Position numbers and translations under genes: made by a program
Shown: one piece after another, positions 28,387 to 38,028 of the stretch
Layout: every line of letters begins with the position of its first letter
Position numbering within the stretch: the first letter of the stretch is position 1
Notes under the pieces: model-generated
What the model was told of the DNA's origin: nothing
Seen by the model: only the letters and a program-made list of their open reading frames with translations
Database searches by the model: none
Sequence record: PP496439.1
Reading direction: 5' to 3' (one strand)
DNA length: 64,000 nucleotides

Positions 28387-29011
28387 TGATCTTCAGGATG
28401 AACGAACGTGCTGCTTCGTTCAGTGTCTCGATACCCTCCAGTGCTTTCTTCTTGGCTGGCTTATACGGTGACAGACGTTGCTCGTCTACGTGTTCTATTG
28501 CACCGTCATAGTCGAAGTCGATGAACTCTGCTGACAGCAACCAATAGGCACACGCACGAGACGCAGCGAAGTGGAACTCCAAGAGTCCAGCGGGGTATTC
28601 TCTCATAACACCCTGACCCTCATCATCGTGAAGACAGTACAGGGTGTTGTAATCTTTGGGACCGCCAGTGGTGAACTGGTAAGTGCGTTCGCCGATGTCC
28701 ATCTTCTCGAACTCAGCAAAGTCTGCTTCGTTGAACGGCCAGTCAACAGCCTCGATGGATTGAACGACGCCACCAATCGTCCAGGTGTAGGTGATTATTG
28801 GAGAGTCACCCATCTTATTTATGCTGCCCTTGGAAACGGTAAGGACAGATACGTCTGGGTGCTGCATGGTCAGGAACAGGTTGCCGGTTTGCACATGAGA
28901 CGGAACAAGTCCGATCTGCATGGCACGCTGATATTCGTGGCGGCAGTCCAACCTGATGTGCAGTTTCGGTTTGGGTTTGCTTACGGTTGACCTGGATAAC
29001 TTTGTGGGCAT
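28373..29011 (-). CDS. Hypothetical protein
   Basis: GAGGA RBS; first gene after the promoter at 29064-29092. Confidence 0.65.
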   Translation of the reverse strand: MPTKLSRSTVSKPKPKLHIRLDCRHEYQRAMQIGLVPSHVQTGNLFLTMQHPDVSVLTVSKGSINKMGDSPIITYTWTIGGVVQSIEAVDWPFNEADFAEFEKMDIGERTYQFTTGGPKDYNTLYCLHDDEGQGVMREYPAGLLEFHFAASRACAYWLLSAEFIDFDYDGAIEHVDEQRLSPYKPAKKKALEGIETLNEAARSFILKIIADI

Positions 29012-29063
29012 GGTGTCTTCCTCGTTGGGTCAGTGGGCGGCTGCTTAGTGGCGCCGTGCTACC

Positions 29064-29092
29064 AGTATGGACTCATTTACCCAGTCTGTCAA
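29064..29092 (-). promoter_or_regulatory. Sigma70-type promoter with GTAAAT embedded in the spacer
   Basis: TTGACA-GACTGGGTAAATGAGTC (17 bp)-CATACT. Confidence 0.75.
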
Positions 29093-29101
29093 GCGCCCAC
29101 G

Positions 29102-29134
29102 AAAAAGCCCACCGCCGGTTAGGGTCAGTGGGCT
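29102..29134 (-). terminator. Terminator after RNase H
   Basis: AAAAAGCCCAC...GTGGGCT. Confidence 0.7.
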
Positions 29135-29138
29135 CAGG

Positions 29139-29801
29139 TCAAAACAAACTATTCTTCGGTACACGTTGGGTCAATGCCTGTAACTCGTCAAACGTGAACT
29201 GGAACCACTCATGGTCTCCGGACACCAGACTATCCGTAGGCTTGGCCTTCTTAGCCTGCTTCAAGATCAGCTTTCGCTGCTCCCCGGCCAGCACGTCTGC
29301 CCGTTCATTCCCCACGTTGCCTTTGTGACCTCTTACCCATGACACCTTGGCGTTGGTTTTCTCTTTCAACGCTTTGGCGCATAACCACAGATCAAAATTG
29401 GCGACTGCTTCCCCGTTAGCCTTGAGTCCACCTCGACGCATCCAGCCATCCAGATGCTCGGTGAATCCCTTCTGCACGTATTGGCTGTCGGTGATCACCT
29501 GAACGGGTCGTGGCACTTGCCCGAAGATCTGTCGGTGCAACATGTTGTAGCGGAAGGCGTCAGCCATGGCTGCGATAACACCTGACAGTTCCATGCGTGA
29601 GATCGTGGTGTCGTTGTACCCGGCGGCACGGTGACTGACCTCCAGTACATTGATCAGGTCATTGAACTGTGCACGCAGTGGAGAGAACACGGAGGCATTC
29701 AGATCCACCATGCGGACAGCAGCCCAACCGCCGATACGATCTTTCGATCCACAAGACCCATCGGTGTAGTACGTCAACGGTATGTTCTTCTTGCCACGCA
29801 T
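29139..29801 (-). CDS. rnhA: Ribonuclease HI
   Basis: YTDGSC, RMELSG, ITDSQYV, NFDLW, WVRGHKGNVGNERADVLA. Confidence 0.95.
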   Translation of the reverse strand: MRGKKNIPLTYYTDGSCGSKDRIGGWAAVRMVDLNASVFSPLRAQFNDLINVLEVSHRAAGYNDTTISRMELSGVIAAMADAFRYNMLHRQIFGQVPRPVQVITDSQYVQKGFTEHLDGWMRRGGLKANGEAVANFDLWLCAKALKEKTNAKVSWVRGHKGNVGNERADVLAGEQRKLILKQAKKAKPTDSLVSGDHEWFQFTFDELQALTQRVPKNSLF

Positions 29802-29810
29802 GGTAGGACC

Positions 29811-30545
29811 TTACTTGGTGATTATCTTGTAGGTGAACAACGCGTCGGACAAGATGCGGTGAACCCCGTCGGCTTTGGTTACGAACAGGTCGGCAATAGC
29901 TTCCGCGTTGAGTGCGGGGTCGATCTGCCGAACGGCGCCGTCACCCATTACGTAGCCTTGATCCTGATCGCGAGTGCGTTCCTTGTCTTTCAGGATCGAC
30001 AGGTGTATTGTGCTGCCGTACCGAAACATGATCTGTGCACGTCCGTGTGTGGTGCTCTGGATACGATCAACGCTGTCCACTACCACCTGGCCGTACGTTT
30101 GTGCAGCTTCCATGACGTGGGCGATCATCGGAGACGCATAACCGGGAGTGCACGCATAGCTAGAACATTTCTGCCCCAAGGTATGTTTCAGTGGATTGAA
30201 CAACTGGAGGACTGGCACGGTCTTGCTCATCGAGTGTAGACCGTTGTGGACATCAGTCTTGTCCGCCATCACATGCCAGTTGCGCAGGAAAATCTGGCTA
30301 CTGGAATGGACAAGATACGGTAGTCGCATCAAGTCTTCCATCTGATCCACGAACAGGTGAATATCTATGAGGAACTTGTTCTCAATCTTAGTCCACCGAC
30401 CGGGGTTGGTACGCTCGATCTCGAGGAACCCAGTTAGGGTCAGGGCCTCTAGGATTACACCCTTGGCAAGCAGTGCGTCCCGGTCGGTCAGGTTGAACAA
30501 AGATTCGGAATGATCCCTGTCGGTGATTAAGGTAATGTAATTCAT
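29811..30545 (-). CDS. Hypothetical protein
   Basis: 244-aa ORF in a packed run. Confidence 0.6.
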   Translation of the reverse strand: MNYITLITDRDHSESLFNLTDRDALLAKGVILEALTLTGFLEIERTNPGRWTKIENKFLIDIHLFVDQMEDLMRLPYLVHSSSQIFLRNWHVMADKTDVHNGLHSMSKTVPVLQLFNPLKHTLGQKCSSYACTPGYASPMIAHVMEAAQTYGQVVVDSVDRIQSTTHGRAQIMFRYGSTIHLSILKDKERTRDQDQGYVMGDGAVRQIDPALNAEAIADLFVTKADGVHRILSDALFTYKIITK

Positions 30546-30563
30546 GGTAGGGTACCTGGGTGT

Positions 30564-30872
30564 TTACAACTTCTGAGGGCTGACGGTGACGACGCGGATG
30601 TCGGCCACGCCCGCACTGATCTGCAGCTCGACTTTGATGAACAGGCTCTTGTCCTCGTTGGTGTAGTAGAACACCCCGTTGGTGCGCTTGAGGAAGAACT
30701 TGCCTTTGTTCTCACTGCGATACACAGTGAAGTCTTCCATGTTGTCTTTCTTGAACCGGGTGTAGATCATTTCACTGGTGATCTTGGCGACGGCTTTGGT
30801 GCCGAGGTCATCCAAGTCCCACTTGATGCCTACACCGGCGGACTGTTGCACGAAACTGGCGAGGGTAGTCAT
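30564..30872 (-). CDS. Hypothetical protein (start corrected to MTTLASF)
   Basis: GGAG RBS before ATG 30872. Confidence 0.6.
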   Translation of the reverse strand: MTTLASFVQQSAGVGIKWDLDDLGTKAVAKITSEMIYTRFKKDNMEDFTVYRSENKGKFFLKRTNGVFYYTNEDKSLFIKVELQISAGVADIRVVTVSPQKL

Positions 30873-30904
30873 TTGGTCTCCAATGGATCTTAGTTGGGAA
30901 GTGG

Positions 30905-31057
30905 TTAGCGAACCAACATCCACAGGCAGGTTGAAAAGCTGAAGGTATCCCGGCATTCAGCCCACGTGAAGTACTCCCAGGTGAAGGCGGTGATGATGAT
31001 CACCGCGATTGCGAGTAACCCGAGATTAGTAGTTAGCGCGGTATCTTTCTTACTCAT
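30905..31057 (-). CDS. Small membrane protein, 50 aa (below track cutoff)
   Basis: Hand translation MSKKDTALTTNLGLLAIAVIIITAFTWEYFTWAECRDTFSFSTCLWMLVR; ATGA-coupled. Confidence 0.5.
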   Translation of the reverse strand: MSKKDTALTTNLGLLAIAVIIITAFTWEYFTWAECRDTFSFSTCLWMLVR

Positions 31058-31260
31058 GTTCGTCTCTCCACGCATTGGCTGAATGTTTCCTTACCTGTGT
31101 ATTGAATGGCGGACCGTCCCTTGTTCTTAACAATGCGCTGCATTGCCTTGTCGATGGCTCGGTTGAAGAGTGCATAGGTTATACGCTGCCTCATCTCGTC
31201 CCGCAACTTGGGAGTGGCCCGCGCGGGTAGTGTCAACGTGTATCTGTCTGCCAGTTTCAT
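31054..31260 (-). CDS. Hypothetical protein
   Basis: ATGA coupling. Confidence 0.55.
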   Translation of the reverse strand: MKLADRYTLTLPARATPKLRDEMRQRITYALFNRAIDKAMQRIVKNKGRSAIQYTGKETFSQCVERRT

Positions 31261-31475
31261 AGTCTATCTCCAGTCATGGGTGTGACCCCAAGATAACGAC
31301 CGAGTGCCGGGATGAACAATGGGCAAGCGCTGACACAGACCCAAGCAACGGACATGGGAAGTGATACCTCGTTTAGCATCTGCCAACCACATGCGAACAG
31401 GATGATCAGGCTGAGTATTGCGTAGTACGCGGACCAGATGATCAACCACCAAGCCTTACGGGACACGTTCTTCAT
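31257..31475 (-). CDS. Small two-TM membrane protein (start corrected to MKNVSRK)
   Basis: Two hydrophobic segments; overlaps the helicase stop. Confidence 0.55.
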   Translation of the reverse strand: MKNVSRKAWWLIIWSAYYAILSLIILFACGWQMLNEVSLPMSVAWVCVSACPLFIPALGRYLGVTPMTGDRL

Positions 31476-33079
31476 TTGTTCCACTCCTTGCGAGCCTTCA
31501 ACTGGGCTTCGGTAGGGGCCACCCGAAACCGTGTGTTCTGGGGTGACAAGTTCTTGAGCAGTGTGGTGGTCACGCATTCGTGCGGCGTGATATGCAGCAG
31601 CAGGTCACTGGCTCGGGTGTACGAGACGTATTGCACGTGGGGCAACTGACCGTCTTCACAGTCGAACCAGTCATCGATCACCGCGACCCGTTCGCTCTCC
31701 ATACCCTTCGCACCCCATGAGGTGTTCAGCTCCACACCTTTGCCATGGTCGTTGGCAATGATCTTGGTGATGAACGTCTTCACTTCGGCGGCGCTACCCA
31801 GGTCCCAGTTGGTGACGATGTACAGCGCAGCGTCTGCGGCATCCTTGATCAGTGGTTCCTTTGCCTCCTTACGCAAATCATCCAACGCTTTAACGAAGTC
31901 AAGAGTGGACTTGCGACCACAACGCATGGCGACACCGATCACTTGTTCCAGCACCTTGGCTTTCTTGAAGGTAACCTCCAGCCCCCGATCCATGTACTCC
32001 AGTGCGATACGGATCAGATGCTTGTTGCGAGCGCTGACCACACGTTGCACGTCGAACTTTATCATGCTCTTGATGCGGTACGGATCTTTCTTGGTGTGCG
32101 CCGTCAGCATCTTGACTTGCCCACCCTCGGCGAAGGCTTCCAGCGGCACATTGGGGAAGCGACCTTTGACGAATTCAACTATCTTCGACTTGGACCGGTA
32201 TGTGGTGGTCGATGGCAGGCGCTTGGCGTTGAACTCTTTGAACATGTCAGCCATGCCCGCGCTCAACCCACCTCGGAACGCATAGATGGCCTGCCATGGA
32301 TCACCAACGAAGACGAACAACATGCCCGGCTTCAATCGGCGGAATAGGCGAAGCGTGTCGTGCTGCACAAGGTTGAAGTCTTGGAACTCATCGACGAACA
32401 ACACGTCCGGCAGGATCTTCGCCAGCTTGGCGTACTGCGTGCGGATAAAGCTGTTGGCCAGAACCATGCGGCTCATATCGTTGAAGTCTACCGACGACGT
32501 GGTCTCGTCACTGGCTTCCAGCGCCTCACAGATTTCAGGAAGCAGCGGCACCACCTTCTCATGTGGGATCAGGAAACGATACTTGCCGGTGATCAGTTCC
32601 CTGATCTGCTTCGCGTCGCTGTAGGGAATGCCCAATTCACGGATACGCTCTCCGTGCCAACGGATGTCCTTGTTCTTCCGGGGTCCATCTTGGGGGAACA
32701 GTGCATCCACCACCTGGAACCACTTGTCGAACATGATCGGTACGGCCTTGGAACCCGTCAAGGTCTTGAACAACTCCAGGCCGTAGCTGTGCATGGTGGA
32801 ACTGGAGACTGCCCGATCCTTAATACGCTGATCGAACACCTTGGCGTTGTCCGTGTTGAACACGATGGCGCGCATGGTCAGCTTCGGGCACTCCTTACGA
32901 ATGCGGCGGATAGTCTCGATGATCAGGGTGGTCTTACCCGATCCCGCACCGGCATCGATGCCCACTGCGTCTTGTGGCTTGCCAGTGTACAAGTCTTTAG
33001 GCATCGACTTGGCTTTCTTCAAGATCTCGTTGAAGATGTCATTCTGTTGCTTGGACCAAACTCTTTCAGTAGTGGACAT
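31472..33079 (-). CDS. SF1 UvrD/Rep-like helicase
   Basis: AGAGSGKTT, FVDEFQD, VGDPWQAIYAFRGG, AKGMESERV, YVSYTRA. Confidence 0.9.
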   Translation of the reverse strand: MSTTERVWSKQQNDIFNEILKKAKSMPKDLYTGKPQDAVGIDAGAGSGKTTLIIETIRRIRKECPKLTMRAIVFNTDNAKVFDQRIKDRAVSSSTMHSYGLELFKTLTGSKAVPIMFDKWFQVVDALFPQDGPRKNKDIRWHGERIRELGIPYSDAKQIRELITGKYRFLIPHEKVVPLLPEICEALEASDETTSSVDFNDMSRMVLANSFIRTQYAKLAKILPDVLFVDEFQDFNLVQHDTLRLFRRLKPGMLFVFVGDPWQAIYAFRGGLSAGMADMFKEFNAKRLPSTTTYRSKSKIVEFVKGRFPNVPLEAFAEGGQVKMLTAHTKKDPYRIKSMIKFDVQRVVSARNKHLIRIALEYMDRGLEVTFKKAKVLEQVIGVAMRCGRKSTLDFVKALDDLRKEAKEPLIKDAADAALYIVTNWDLGSAAEVKTFITKIIANDHGKGVELNTSWGAKGMESERVAVIDDWFDCEDGQLPHVQYVSYTRASDLLLHITPHECVTTTLLKNLSPQNTRFRVAPTEAQLKARKEWNK

Positions 33080-33111
33080 TGGTTTACCTTAACGCTTCAC
33101 GGTTTCCATCC

Positions 33112-33143
33112 ATTTACACGAGGCCTATGCGCGTGGGGTAAAT
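33112..33143. promoter_or_regulatory. Back-to-back divergent GTAAAT motifs
   Basis: ATTTAC at 33112-33117 and GTAAAT at 33138-33143 between divergent genes. Confidence 0.6.
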
Positions 33144-33206
33144 GAGCGTATAGCAATCGAATGCGTGGAATTAGCCCTTAACGGCGTCCCCACTAGTGGA
33201 GAACAC

Positions 33207-34685
33207 ATGAAATCTGTAGCCGTTGACTACCAAAAGATAGCCAAGGAATGCCAGTGCACCGAGCTGCCTTCCAAGGTAAGAGTTACTCGTGCACGGGTCT
33301 ATCCAAACTTGAGGACGTGCCTACTCTTCCTCAAGTACGATGCCAAAGGTGAACTGGTACAAGCCGAGATCACTGCGCCGTACGACACGTCCACCGAGCC
33401 AAAGGTGAGGGTGCTCAAACATCCTGACAAGAAGTCCGACTTCCTTTCATTATATAGGGCGCTGATCCGCCACCAGATCATACCCGAGTCTATTCCGAAG
33501 AAAGGTAACGGGATTGCACCAACGCTGGAGGTCATCGGCACACTGGTGAGCCTGCTGCCGGAACGGGATGTCGAAACCTTCCGTACGCTGACCCCGGCCA
33601 TCCAGACTGGCAGCGTCATGTACGTCCCGCTGGTCACGTCCCGGCCAATGCCCATGGTGCAACACTGGATACCTGTTGACCAGCATTCAGAGCTGGGCAT
33701 GATCGAGCTGGTCGATACGGATAGCAAGCCTTTCCTTAATCAGTGGGTCAACAGGTTGAGCAACACCGCCACTGGTTATGTGATCTACACCCCCGAAGGC
33801 TCACACGGTCAGGAACTAGCCTGCTTCCGGGTGCCCAATGTGCAAGGGGAGGAACTGTGTGTGGTCAAGAAGGTTGACTTCACCCTGACTGTTGCTCGCA
33901 CGCTCAAGCCGGTACTGACTGTATCCACCAAGAGTACTCGGGCAGTGTCCCGCATTCCCCTACCCCACTATCTGATGCTGCGCAATCACCACATAAAGGT
34001 GGGCACGGTTATTTCCCTGCGTCGTAACGACCGAGGTGGGTTGGTGTACCATGAGACGGTGGCCGAGGAAGGCATGACGCCCCTGCCACTGTGCCCACAC
34101 TGCCACAGTGGCTCTGTGCTGAGAGGTAGTAGCAATGACGTGTACTGCAATAACGATTCATGCCGAGGCCTAGCCATCGTGCGACTTCGCTACATCTTGA
34201 ACAACAAGCTGGACGTCAAGTACCTGAGCGACAATAAGGTAACAGCGCTGATCAATGACAAGCAGGACCTGTTCAGCTTGCTTAAGACACCGACTCACCT
34301 ATTGCGGCACAGAGCGGGCTTCGGTGCACGTACGGTGGATGCGCTGGAAGAGAAGCTGAACACTATCGCCGGTCTTCCACTGCACACGCTGGCCGAGATG
34401 TCCTGCGCTTTCTACAACGTGGGTGTGCCCCCGCTGGATGAGATGGTGTTCAAGAAGATCTTTTCCGTTATGTCGATTGACTACCTGAAAGCACTGCCCT
34501 CCACCGGTAAGATGTACAGCCAGTTGCTCGACATCGAAGGTATCCGCAACAACCGCGCAGTGGCTTTCCTTGCTGGCTGGCCTGCATTTCAACAGTGGAT
34601 GATAGACCTGAACGCTGCCCTACAGTCTCGCAGCGCAATCTCCTCCACGGTAAATAACCCGAAACAAATTCGAGGTGTGAAATGA
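33207..34685 (+). CDS. Degenerate NAD-ligase (LigA)-like protein lacking KxDG; OB, C4 zinc finger and HhH retained
   Basis: LFLKYDAKGELVQAEIT, TVARTLKPV, IKVGTVI, CPHC...YCNNDSC, AGFGARTVDAL; no KxDG or TRGDG. Confidence 0.7.
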   Translation: MKSVAVDYQKIAKECQCTELPSKVRVTRARVYPNLRTCLLFLKYDAKGELVQAEITAPYDTSTEPKVRVLKHPDKKSDFLSLYRALIRHQIIPESIPKKGNGIAPTLEVIGTLVSLLPERDVETFRTLTPAIQTGSVMYVPLVTSRPMPMVQHWIPVDQHSELGMIELVDTDSKPFLNQWVNRLSNTATGYVIYTPEGSHGQELACFRVPNVQGEELCVVKKVDFTLTVARTLKPVLTVSTKSTRAVSRIPLPHYLMLRNHHIKVGTVISLRRNDRGGLVYHETVAEEGMTPLPLCPHCHSGSVLRGSSNDVYCNNDSCRGLAIVRLRYILNNKLDVKYLSDNKVTALINDKQDLFSLLKTPTHLLRHRAGFGARTVDALEEKLNTIAGLPLHTLAEMSCAFYNVGVPPLDEMVFKKIFSVMSIDYLKALPSTGKMYSQLLDIEGIRNNRAVAFLAGWPAFQQWMIDLNAALQSRSAISSTVNNPKQIRGVK

Positions 34686-35446
34686 ACAATCAAAACAGAA
34701 CTCGTATCGCTGTGCTTGTCGGCGGCGGTCTGGACTCACATGCGTACATGGTATTGAAAGCCGACCAGCCTCAGACAGACTTCATTCATGTGGACTACGG
34801 CCAGCGGGTTGCAGTAGCCGAGAGAAACGCCGTGTTGCAAATGGCTGAGAAGCTGGGCATTGCCCGCAGCCGGGTGTACACGCTGATCTGCAACAAGAAG
34901 AATCACATGCGCAAGGTCAATGACGGTGTGGGTGTGTTGTTTGGCACCGGCCCGGTCGAGATGGACAATGCGTTTGTTAAGGGACGTAACCTGTTCCTGA
35001 TTCAGAAGGCCATCGAGCTGGGCTACGGTCACGTGCACTTGACGCTGACCCAAGAGCGTGGCCGGATGTTCCCCGATGCCGATCTGGCATTCGTCCAGCT
35101 GGTTGACAACCTGATGCACCGCAGTTATGACGTGAGGGTATCCGCCCCCTACATCATGGAAGACAAGCATCGGGTGATGTTCAAGGCGTATCGGCATTGC
35201 CCCGAGTTCCTCGATATGTCTTTCACGTGCTGGGTAGGTCCTTATGTGGAATGTGGCACGTGCCCGCACTGCGTCAAGAAGGAAAAGATTCGAGCCGAGA
35301 TGATCGTTGAGAAGATTGAATACGATCTCAGCAAGGATGAACGTGAGGCGCAGTGGGAGCAAGTCAAGGCAGGCTACGGCGACGCGTTGAAGCCCGCTGA
35401 GACCATCAACATGAACATTCAGGTTGTTGACGGAGGACTGAAATGA
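34682..35446 (+). CDS. queC: QueC-like PP-loop ATPase (copy 1)
   Basis: VLVGGGLDS, VDYGQR, FVKGRN, FPDA, TCW...CGTCPHC. Confidence 0.8.
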   Translation: MNNQNRTRIAVLVGGGLDSHAYMVLKADQPQTDFIHVDYGQRVAVAERNAVLQMAEKLGIARSRVYTLICNKKNHMRKVNDGVGVLFGTGPVEMDNAFVKGRNLFLIQKAIELGYGHVHLTLTQERGRMFPDADLAFVQLVDNLMHRSYDVRVSAPYIMEDKHRVMFKAYRHCPEFLDMSFTCWVGPYVECGTCPHCVKKEKIRAEMIVEKIEYDLSKDEREAQWEQVKAGYGDALKPAETINMNIQVVDGGLK

Positions 35447-36153
35447 ACAAGTTCTTAGGTTGGTTCAAGCGTCTGCTGGATAAGAAGCACAAGTCGATCA
35501 CGATGACGTTGACCGACGCCGAAGGTAAGTTGGTCACCATCCACATACCGCAAGGTGCGGGTGTCGAATACACGCTCTCGAAGTCGGGCACCCACTTGAA
35601 CGTCTCAGTTAAAGACGACGTCTTCATGTTGCGCACGAATGGCGCTGGAGTCGGTGGCAGTGGAAGTTCCAAGCCCGGTCTCAACGGTGGCCCCGGCCAT
35701 ACACCTATCCCCCGGTCCCCAAGCTTCACGGGCGCTGGTACGCCGAACTACGGTCACGCAGGCGACCCGCCTGTTGGTGCTCAAGCTTCGTTCCCTATCG
35801 GCGCCCGAGCAACTGTTTCTGGTGGTGGGCGCGTTGGTGGCCTGTCAGGTGGAAGCGCAAACGGCACAATGGCTGGTGGTGGAGATGGCTTCGTTCCCTC
35901 TCCAATCCGTAGCTCTGATCGAGCTTACCTGATTAGAGGTTTGTATTACGTCATCACGACGAAGAAGATAACGGGAGAGCAATACCCGATCCATGAGCTT
36001 CTGCATTGGGGTAAGAAGTCAATCGAACTCATGGGCAAGTTCTCCACCGTCCGAGACGCTATCGACGAACTCAAATTGAAGACGGGTATCCCATTCGAAG
36101 ACCTGACGGACTATCAGGTTGATTCCCTTCCCAAACGACTGTGCAAGCCTTGA
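35443..36153 (+). CDS. Hypothetical protein with Gly/Pro-rich central region
   Basis: ATGA coupling; ~85-aa G/P/S-rich tract. Confidence 0.55.
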   Translation: MNKFLGWFKRLLDKKHKSITMTLTDAEGKLVTIHIPQGAGVEYTLSKSGTHLNVSVKDDVFMLRTNGAGVGGSGSSKPGLNGGPGHTPIPRSPSFTGAGTPNYGHAGDPPVGAQASFPIGARATVSGGGRVGGLSGGSANGTMAGGGDGFVPSPIRSSDRAYLIRGLYYVITTKKITGEQYPIHELLHWGKKSIELMGKFSTVRDAIDELKLKTGIPFEDLTDYQVDSLPKRLCKP

Positions 36154-36191
36154 TCGGGTAAATGGTCCGTAACTAATCCGGAGACACCAGC

Positions 36192-37010
36192 ATGACCACT
36201 GCGCCCCCAAAGATTATCGTTGCATTCAGCGCCGGTACAGATTCAACTACAGCGGCCTACTACTATCGCAAGCTCGGCTATCAGGTAACGCTGGCCGTGT
36301 TCGATGACGGCGCATGCAACGATCCACTTGGCCCTCTGTACGATCCGAACAAGCCGAAGGACTTGACCAACTTCTCGGATGAGTTCTACGATTACGTACG
36401 GATTCACCAAGAGCACACGGAAGGCCATCTTCAGTTCGACTTCGTGGAGATTCGTTATCCGCAACTCGCATTGCTGGAAGCCAACAAGACAGCCAAGCCC
36501 GGTCGGGACAATGCAGCAGCAGCAGAGGCTGACGGCTTGGGCTTCTGGGTCGGCTTCAAGGGCCTGATGGCAATGTTGCTGATGAGCCACGGCGCCGCCA
36601 ATGGTTACGAGGCAGTAGTCTTCGGCCACATGCCGTACAACAACCATTACGAAGATGAGCTGCCCCAGAACTTCGAGCTGCTGCGTCAGTACATGGTTAC
36701 GGCCTATGGCAGCCGAGTGGAAATTCCTCAGATCTACCACCCATTCTATCGACCGAATTTCGATACCAAGGAAAAGGTTATTGAGCTGGCTCAGGCAATC
36801 GGCGTGCCCTTGCGAGATACCTATTCGTGCCGCCGAGGTGAAGTAGAAACCCGAGGTATCCTCCTGCCACTTCTGCGTGGCGGTAACTCCAACTACGTGA
36901 GCCCCACCTACCGTTGGAAGCATTGTGGTACGTGTGAGAACTGTGTCGAACGCAAGCGAGCCTTCGCGGCGCTGGGCATGAAAGATCCTGCCCCTTATAT
37001 GGAACATTGA
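36192..37010 (+). CDS. queC: QueC-like PP-loop ATPase (copy 2, divergent)
   Basis: VAFSAGTDST, TYSC...HCGTCENCVERKRAF. Confidence 0.75.
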   Translation: MTTAPPKIIVAFSAGTDSTTAAYYYRKLGYQVTLAVFDDGACNDPLGPLYDPNKPKDLTNFSDEFYDYVRIHQEHTEGHLQFDFVEIRYPQLALLEANKTAKPGRDNAAAAEADGLGFWVGFKGLMAMLLMSHGAANGYEAVVFGHMPYNNHYEDELPQNFELLRQYMVTAYGSRVEIPQIYHPFYRPNFDTKEKVIELAQAIGVPLRDTYSCRRGEVETRGILLPLLRGGNSNYVSPTYRWKHCGTCENCVERKRAFAALGMKDPAPYMEH

Positions 37011-37011
37011 T

Positions 37012-38028
37012 ATGGCCCTTTCAATCTGGCCGCTGACCGAAGGTGAACTCGGTCAGGGCCTCGTCAACGAACTGAATCGTACCAGCAAGGCGCTGGTGAA
37101 CCGGAGTATGTGGTCTTTGCCATTGCTCCGGCGTTTGTTTTATCGGCGCACCGAGATTGGTGTCCCGGAGCTACTCCACGTCTGTACCAGCATTCATCGG
37201 GGCAAGACTTACTTCTGCCTGTTGGTGAACTTCCGAGATGTGGTGATGGGCAACCCCGAGCAATACGGATGGGACCTAGCTGGCCGGTGGTTGTTCTACG
37301 ATGTGGATCTGCTGGATACCCCGGAGTTTAAACAGGTAAACGCGGCTATTCGTAAGGTGGCTACGGTCAACACGGTTACCTACGGTCAAGCATTCGTTCC
37401 GGATGAAGGTGGTATGGGGGAGGAGCACTGGATCAAGAAACTGAAAGGTAACTACCGCCCCCACATCTTCGGCGAAAAGTCAAAACAGGTTATCGTCAGT
37501 CAGACCTGCGGACACGCGGCTACTCACGTTCTGACCGAGGCAGTGATGTCATTCGGTATCCAGCGCGCTGAGAGATTTCTCGCGGAAGGTCAGTCGGATG
37601 TCATGCCGGAGTTGTATGACCTACCCATGCAGCTAGCCGGTCTAGGCTCGATCCCTGGAACCCGGATTGGCACCGTGTCGCTCACCTGCCGGGATACCCG
37701 TGCGCTGATCGGTACCCTGTCGTTCTACGTTGTGGCAGGCTTGGGTCACAGTGATATCTTGTATATGCACGAGATGCTGATTGATCCGGATCCGAAGTGG
37801 AAGCCTCTATCGGTGGCCGTCAACTTGCACATTCAGGCAATCATGTATGTGCGCTATCTAAACAGCCGATCTGATCGGGCTTCGGACTTGGTTATCAACC
37901 TCGGATTCAACTTGGACGAGAAGTACAACACATACAAAGAGGTGTTCCGTCCGAACAAGTCCGAAATGGAAATCTATACCGGCATGCACACCGAGCCCGG
38001 CGTCCCACTGTCCTGTTTCAAGGGGTAA
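37012..38028 (+). CDS. Putative GNAT/FemABX-like transferase
   Basis: C-terminal INLGFNLDEKYNTYKEVF resembles the C-terminus of its paralogs. Confidence 0.45.
   Translation: MALSIWPLTEGELGQGLVNELNRTSKALVNRSMWSLPLLRRLFYRRTEIGVPELLHVCTSIHRGKTYFCLLVNFRDVVMGNPEQYGWDLAGRWLFYDVDLLDTPEFKQVNAAIRKVATVNTVTYGQAFVPDEGGMGEEHWIKKLKGNYRPHIFGEKSKQVIVSQTCGHAATHVLTEAVMSFGIQRAERFLAEGQSDVMPELYDLPMQLAGLGSIPGTRIGTVSLTCRDTRALIGTLSFYVVAGLGHSDILYMHEMLIDPDPKWKPLSVAVNLHIQAIMYVRYLNSRSDRASDLVINLGFNLDEKYNTYKEVFRPNKSEMEIYTGMHTEPGVPLSCFKG

Noticed and set aside
34682-37010. Canonical 7-deazaguanine (preQ0/dpd) DNA modification pathway
   Set aside because: No FolE, QueD, QueE or DpdA in the window and the QueC motifs are altered; cannot be excluded for the rest of the genome.
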